The position numbers were made by a program, and so were the translations under genes. The notes beneath the pieces are model-generated. The model worked only from the letters and a program-made list of their open reading frames with translations. It had not been told where the DNA came from and did not search any database. Positions 59,617-64,000 of a DNA stretch of 64,000 bases are shown here, in pieces. Each line of letters begins with the position of its first letter. The first letter of the stretch is position 1. The stretch is from Promethearchaeia archaeon (lineage in GTDB: Archaea; Asgardarchaeota; Lokiarchaeia; Sigyniarchaeales; SOKP01), in NCBI GenBank assembly GCA_046483985.1, contig JAWOCD010000011.1, positions 9,202-73,201 on the forward strand. Direction: 5' to 3'.

Positions 59617-60588
59617 TCAAAAATGAAACTCTTGCACTTTCCACTTCAAGGACTCTAGACGTTTTAGCAAATATGCCTTAAACTCGGAATTAAAGTCCTT
59701 CACCACTAAGTCCGAGACTAATGTATACGCTAAATCCTGCGGTAAAGTTTCTAAAAGACGCTTAATACTTTCCATCGGCAAGTCTTTCCACACCGCATCA
59801 GATAACCCCAAGATTTCATCAAACTGAGAATTAAACCAACTCCGCCATCCGTATTTCCCCCTTAATTTAGCCCGTACATTGGCAGTAGGCTTCACATCGA
59901 TCAATCCCTTCAGATACTCCGCAAGATAGTCAGGAATATAGGGGGGATTCTGGAACTTCGCATTAATCATGCGTTGATCGGTCAGCAATTCCCCATTCTT
60001 GTCCGTCCGTTTCCCAAACGTCTCTGCATATCCTGGCTCATTGTAATACCAATTGTAGTCGCCGTTATCGGGAGTGGTATCCGGGTCAAATCGAGCGAAG
60101 AGTTCTTGACATAAAGCTCGATCAAAGGGGAAAGGTTTTGTCCCAATTAATCGGGATGCAGCAGCATCACCCACAAAAAGTACGCACTCTTGGTCATTCT
60201 GATGCTCTCGCTCCTCCGAATTCTCTCCTTTCACGCCGAGGGTCTTCTGGATATGCACATTATAGCAATACGGATGGAATACTCGCAGATGATCCATACT
60301 GTATGCCTCAAGTAATTCCGCAACGGTTACGATCTCCGTAATTCGCAAATAACCTACAAAGTGGGTAATCCTCTCGCTGGTCTGGGCATGCTGGAGGGTC
60401 ATCGTAAAGAAGACAGTATCTCCCTCCACTAAATCGCCCAAATGAACCTTACTAGGTTTCTGCGGATAGTCGCCGAATGTCCAATGAACAAAATCCGGAT
60501 CAGTATGATCAGCCAAAAATGCAATCTCATAATTTCCATTGGTAAACAAGTGTCCAACGTCGCCAAAATTAAGGATTACTCCCGCCAT
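59617..60588 (-). CDS. Nmad3-like (nucleotide-modification-associated domain 3) protein
   Basis: HTDPDF..WTFGD, L.EGDTVFF..TL, HFVGYLRI.EI and NVH; visibly more GC-rich than the flanks. Confidence 0.55.
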   Translation of the reverse strand: MAGVILNFGDVGHLFTNGNYEIAFLADHTDPDFVHWTFGDYPQKPSKVHLGDLVEGDTVFFTMTLQHAQTSERITHFVGYLRITEIVTVAELLEAYSMDHLRVFHPYCYNVHIQKTLGVKGENSEEREHQNDQECVLFVGDAAASRLIGTKPFPFDRALCQELFARFDPDTTPDNGDYNWYYNEPGYAETFGKRTDKNGELLTDQRMINAKFQNPPYIPDYLAEYLKGLIDVKPTANVRAKLRGKYGWRSWFNSQFDEILGLSDAVWKDLPMESIKRLLETLPQDLAYTLVSDLVVKDFNSEFKAYLLKRLESLKWKVQEFHF

Positions 60589-60769
60589 GAGAGATACCCC
60601 ATTTGTATGAGGTTTTGTCCAGTATATATCAACATGTTATTATTAGAAATTTAATCTATTTAAATCATTAGATTTTATGATCTCTCCTCCAAAGTCTTTG
60701 AATTAAGCAACAAAATGGGAGAATCTTTTGTATTTTAAAAAATCAGCCCTTCCTTTAGAAAGAGGGGGT

Positions 60770-61261
60770 TCAATGGCAAATTATGGATTTGAACGCTTCT
60801 AGAATATAGGGTTTAAATCCATCATAATGCTTCTTGATGACGCGCGCATCCACCGTATATTGGCGATTTTTTATTTCGCAGTAGAAAATACCATGGATGA
60901 TCTCCTCGGGGTAATAATGCTTCCGAATCATTTTTTTCCTATTGCCAAACCAATATGTGAATTCATGGCTGCGATGCCAAACCCGTTCCTTATCGGTCAC
61001 CACAACATCAATAGCATTATACATATCGATTGATTCTTGTACTTCGCGCGCGTGATAAAAATCGGTTCTTGGTTTCGCCTCCCAGTCCACTTGCAACTTC
61101 GCATTTGGACCCCAAGTCTCATCATATTCATTATTCGAATGGAATACAATCGAACCCTTTTCGATGTCACCCTCTACACGGGCCTCCGAGAACCACACCG
61201 GCAATTTTCCGATCTGAATTCCTAAATTCTCTTTCTTATATATATAATAATTCCTTTGCAT
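60770..61261 (-). CDS. Hypothetical protein, possibly PsbP/Mog1-like fold
   Basis: ORF 60770-61288, likely ATG at 61261; LPVW..EGD..G, LQVDWE, FYC and terminal SIICH. Confidence 0.65.
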   Translation of the reverse strand: MQRNYYIYKKENLGIQIGKLPVWFSEARVEGDIEKGSIVFHSNNEYDETWGPNAKLQVDWEAKPRTDFYHAREVQESIDMYNAIDVVVTDKERVWHRSHEFTYWFGNRKKMIRKHYYPEEIIHGIFYCEIKNRQYTVDARVIKKHYDGFKPYILEAFKSIICH

Positions 61262-61643
61262 ACCCACGTTCTCACAAAAAAAATTCAAAAATCTGTTATT
61301 TGATTTACTTTAGTACAGAGTTATATTAATATATGAGTCTTGATTCATAAAAATATTTTGTATTGTTTTTTGATAAAAAAAAGATTGCAACTAACCATGA
61401 AAATAGAGAGCAGAGGGAAAGGTTCACCTTTTGTCTTTTTGTAAAGACTTTGAAATATAAATATTTGCCAAGTACTTTATGGGGCCTCGAGAGAAGTGAC
61501 GCCCAAAGATAAATTTGAAACTAAATAGGAGAAAAAATTTAAAAACAATGGGAAGAGAAAGATATCCCGAACTCTCTTTTCTTATACCCCCAAATTATAT
61601 AATTTCCTAATTGGAAAGATCCAAATGCTATGAGCGGGACAGC

Positions 61644-61910
61644 CTAAAATGGCAGAATTTCGCGCAGCTCGTAGTCATCAAGTGCGGATTCTTTCAATTT
61701 TATCCGTACATCTTTCGGCGAATAAACTTCCTTTAATAACTTCACCAAATTGTCGTGAAGTCCCTTAATGTTATCAATGCCGGCATGGTAAAGAATATCG
61801 TTGCGATCATTGCATTTCAGATTAAGCACATGGAATATCCCTGTTAATGCCTTTCTCATCTGCTGATAATACTCAAAAGCCTCATCTAATTCTTCTTTTT
61901 CACTGACCAC
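61644..61910 (-). CDS. Small helical protein of unknown function (paralogue of 40276-40554)
   Basis: KALTGIFHVL...Y..GIDNIKGLHDNLVKLL aligns with RAIKGIYEIL...Y..SIDNIIGLYQNLLELL. Confidence 0.78.
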   Translation of the reverse strand: MVSEKEELDEAFEYYQQMRKALTGIFHVLNLKCNDRNDILYHAGIDNIKGLHDNLVKLLKEVYSPKDVRIKLKESALDDYELREILPF

Positions 61911-62077
61911 TTCAAAAACCTCAACGGTATTATATTAAAAAAAAGGAATAAGTGTTATTTAAATTACATTTTTTCACAAACTTTTATACGCCTAGAACGA
62001 AATTATTTTTGTTTCAGAAATCCCATGCGTTAAAAAGGGTAAAAAGGGCTATCCATGATCTCAAATTTACCTATGCG

Positions 62078-62298
62078 TCATATGCAGAAATTGGAAAAAA
62101 ATAGAATAATCTCCTTTTTGTAAACAGATAGTTTTTCCTCCTTTCGCTTCATATATTTTTTACCATACTCCGGTAAATACCAGTCATATTTGAGCTTCTT
62201 TCCGTTGACACGATTGGTTTGCTCGTTTTCATGGTCAATCCCGAGCCGGTATAAATGATTATCGATGATAAGTTCGCCTTTGTATCCATATATTTAAA
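62078..62298 (-). pseudogene. Deleted/frameshifted relic of a PD-(D/E)xK-type nuclease domain (SKGE..IDN family)
   Basis: Minus strand reads FKYMD, then a frameshift, then KGELIIDNHLYRLGIDHENE...KYDWYLPEY, directly joined to GKKYMKRKEEKL. The expected YIEYWG-like catalytic segment is missing. Confidence 0.55.
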
Positions 62299-62511
62299 AA
62301 TATGTTAATTTTTGCCCGAAGAATTTTGGTATGCGTGGTCGGCATTTCTGTCCACGGGGACTTGGTGAAGATGACCGTAGGAAATTATCCACACATACGT
62401 TTTTTCGCCTCTCGAGCGTCCTTTTCTTTATTCGCGGGTATCGACATAATTACAATAGAAAGGTAAAGACTCAGTTTTAAGTGAAAGGATGCGCACATAA
62501 AGTGATAGTCT

Positions 62512-62742
62512 AGAATAAGCGACATCGAGACGAGAGACGACTTTTTGGAGCTCGTGGAGACCTTGAAGATCGAGGGCAACGGCCAAATGCAAGCCTTTTT
62601 GGACGAGAAGTTTTCTTCTGGTGCGAGGGGACATCAAGATTCGGCAAGTTATAATTCTTCTGCATTACCGTCCGACAGTGATTTTGCCGCCTTCAAGCAG
62701 CAGACGAGAGAGATTATGCGAGATGTGAGATTTCTCTACTAA
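62512..62742 (+). pseudogene. GC-rich gene fragment of unknown origin
   Basis: Open frame RISDIETRDDFLELVETLKIEG...MRDVRFLY* with GC-ending codons and no convincing start. Confidence 0.3.
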
Positions 62743-63046
62743 CGCTTGAGAAAAAGGAGAGAAAAATGAATTACCCAATTTTTCCTCATGTCAGAATTTT
62801 TCGAAAAATGGCCCGCGATTTTAATGCCTATATATCCATCTCGAATAATGATAATAGAACGCTGGTGAGTAAGTGAAAAAAGTTTGAAATGATTGGATAT
62901 TTATTATTGATTTGTTTGAAGAAAGGTAAATTTTAAATAAAATTATTAAGAATTTTTATTCATAACCATAGAGAAATTCCCCCAAATTAATAAAACTAAT
63001 ATGATATTAATTATTTTCCTAAATATTGGTCTTTTAACGTGTTATT

Positions 63047-63544
63047 ATGAATACAGATATTAAATTACATAGTGAACTTATAAAATCAGATATAGAACTA
63101 ATTCTTTCGGTGCCTTGTGCGATGCTAAAGGGGCTTATCAAGATCATTAATAAAAAAGAAAGAATTCATCATATTCCCGCTACACGGGAAGAAGAGGCAG
63201 TTGGTATTGCTGTAGGCGCCTATATGGGAGGAAATATTCCTTTAATTTTAATGCAAAACTCGGGACTCGGAAATTCAATTAATGCAATAAAATCCTTAGC
63301 ACAAATATATAAGATTCCCCTAATATTTATGATGAGTCATCGGGGAGCAGAAGGAGAAAAAATAGTGGCGCAAGAACCTATGGGTTCGATTACTACCGAT
63401 TTATTAGAATGTGTGGATATTAAAAATTATACCGTAAAATACCATTCAGACATTCCAAAAATAAGAAATGCAGTAGAATATGCACAAAAGCATAAAAGCT
63501 CAGTGTCTATTCTCTTGAAAAGAACCTTATGGGAGGAAAATTAG
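63047..63544 (+). CDS. comD: Sulfopyruvate decarboxylase alpha subunit (or a phosphonopyruvate decarboxylase N-domain)
   Basis: SVPC..LK, TREEEAVGIAVGAYMGG, MQNSGLGNSINA, SHRG..GE and AQ.PMG. Confidence 0.85.
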   Translation: MNTDIKLHSELIKSDIELILSVPCAMLKGLIKIINKKERIHHIPATREEEAVGIAVGAYMGGNIPLILMQNSGLGNSINAIKSLAQIYKIPLIFMMSHRGAEGEKIVAQEPMGSITTDLLECVDIKNYTVKYHSDIPKIRNAVEYAQKHKSSVSILLKRTLWEEN

Positions 63545-64000
63545 ATGAAGCGATATGAGATCTTGGAAGAAATTTCTAAAGCAATAACCAATCAACTTAT
63601 CATTTGCAATATAGGAATCCCCTCAAAAGAACTATATGCTATTAACGACCGCGAGAAAAATTTCTATATGTTGGGTTCAATGGGGATGGTCTCTTCGATT
63701 GCATTCGGATTGGCAATCTCTCAACCAGAAAAACAAGTCTGGTCAATTGATGGGGACGGCTCCTCGCTAATGAATTTGGGAACCTTATGCACGATAGGAA
63801 GCAATCTCCCCTCCAATCTAACGATCATTACAATAGATAATGGTGCTTATGGATCGACGGGAAACCAATCGACCTATACGCAAAAGAACACTGATTTGGC
63901 CCACATTGCTAAGGGAGCAGGGTTTAAAGAGATAAATGTGATTAAGAAAAAAGAAGAAATTGTTCCCACCTTAAAAAACATGGAAAAAAAATGCAATTTT
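63545..64000 (+). CDS. comE: Sulfopyruvate decarboxylase beta subunit, truncated by the window edge (not in the ORF track)
   Basis: ATG directly after the comD stop: MKRYEIL...CNIGIPSKELY...NFYMLGSMG...IDGDGSSLMNLG...IDNGAYGSTGNQ (ThDP-binding motif). Confidence 0.88.
   Translation, partial: MKRYEILEEISKAITNQLIICNIGIPSKELYAINDREKNFYMLGSMGMVSSIAFGLAISQPEKQVWSIDGDGSSLMNLGTLCTIGSNLPSNLTIITIDNGAYGSTGNQSTYTQKNTDLAHIAKGAGFKEINVIKKKEEIVPTLKNMEKKCNF

Noticed and set aside
60744-60773. cagcccttcctttagaaagagggggttcaa resembles an IS200/IS605 right end ending in TTCAA at the stop codon of a convergent gene
   Set aside because: No matching left end or scaffold was found upstream. On the gene's own strand it is a hairpin followed by a T-run, so a terminator-like structure is the simpler explanation.

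Overview
AT-rich archaeal chromosome segment, most likely an Asgard archaeon of the Lokiarchaeia type. This is inferred from a tandem Roadblock protein, a MIT-TPR protein, a Rab-like GTPase, orphan 7TM proteins, expanded lipid-catabolism paralogues and a nurA-herA-mre11-rad50 operon. Main blocks: (1) 1-5.6 kb, eukaryote-signature-like and coiled-coil genes. (2) 5.7-17 kb, hydrolases, phosphatases, a GTPase, Csp and ferritin. (3) 17-38.5 kb, a large lipid/acyl-CoA catabolic island. It has two DUF35-Ltp4-Ltp3-DUF35 cassettes of Cys-less thiolase-fold (aldolase-like) enzymes, plus SCP2, BKACE, acetoacetate-CoA ligase, two fatty-acyl-CoA ligases, an NMO-family flavoprotein and an extended SDR. (4) 38.8-49.6 kb, msrB, a ubiquitin-like protein ending in Gly-Cys, a glycosylase, a membrane pyrophosphatase and a Trm9-like methyltransferase. 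(5) 50-58.5 kb, a NERD-helicase and the double-strand-break repair operon. (6) The end of the window, with an Nmad3-like gene, gene relics and comD/comE-like genes. The most striking non-coding signal is a 209-bp ORF-less IS200/IS605-type element (27637-27845). It carries its own TATA box and an omegaRNA-like multi-hairpin scaffold, and its removal exactly restores the host gene's stop codon. A second, unexplained structured element lies at ~49.6-49.76 kb. No rRNA, tRNA or CRISPR array was recognised. All family calls come from motif recognition by eye, with no database searches.
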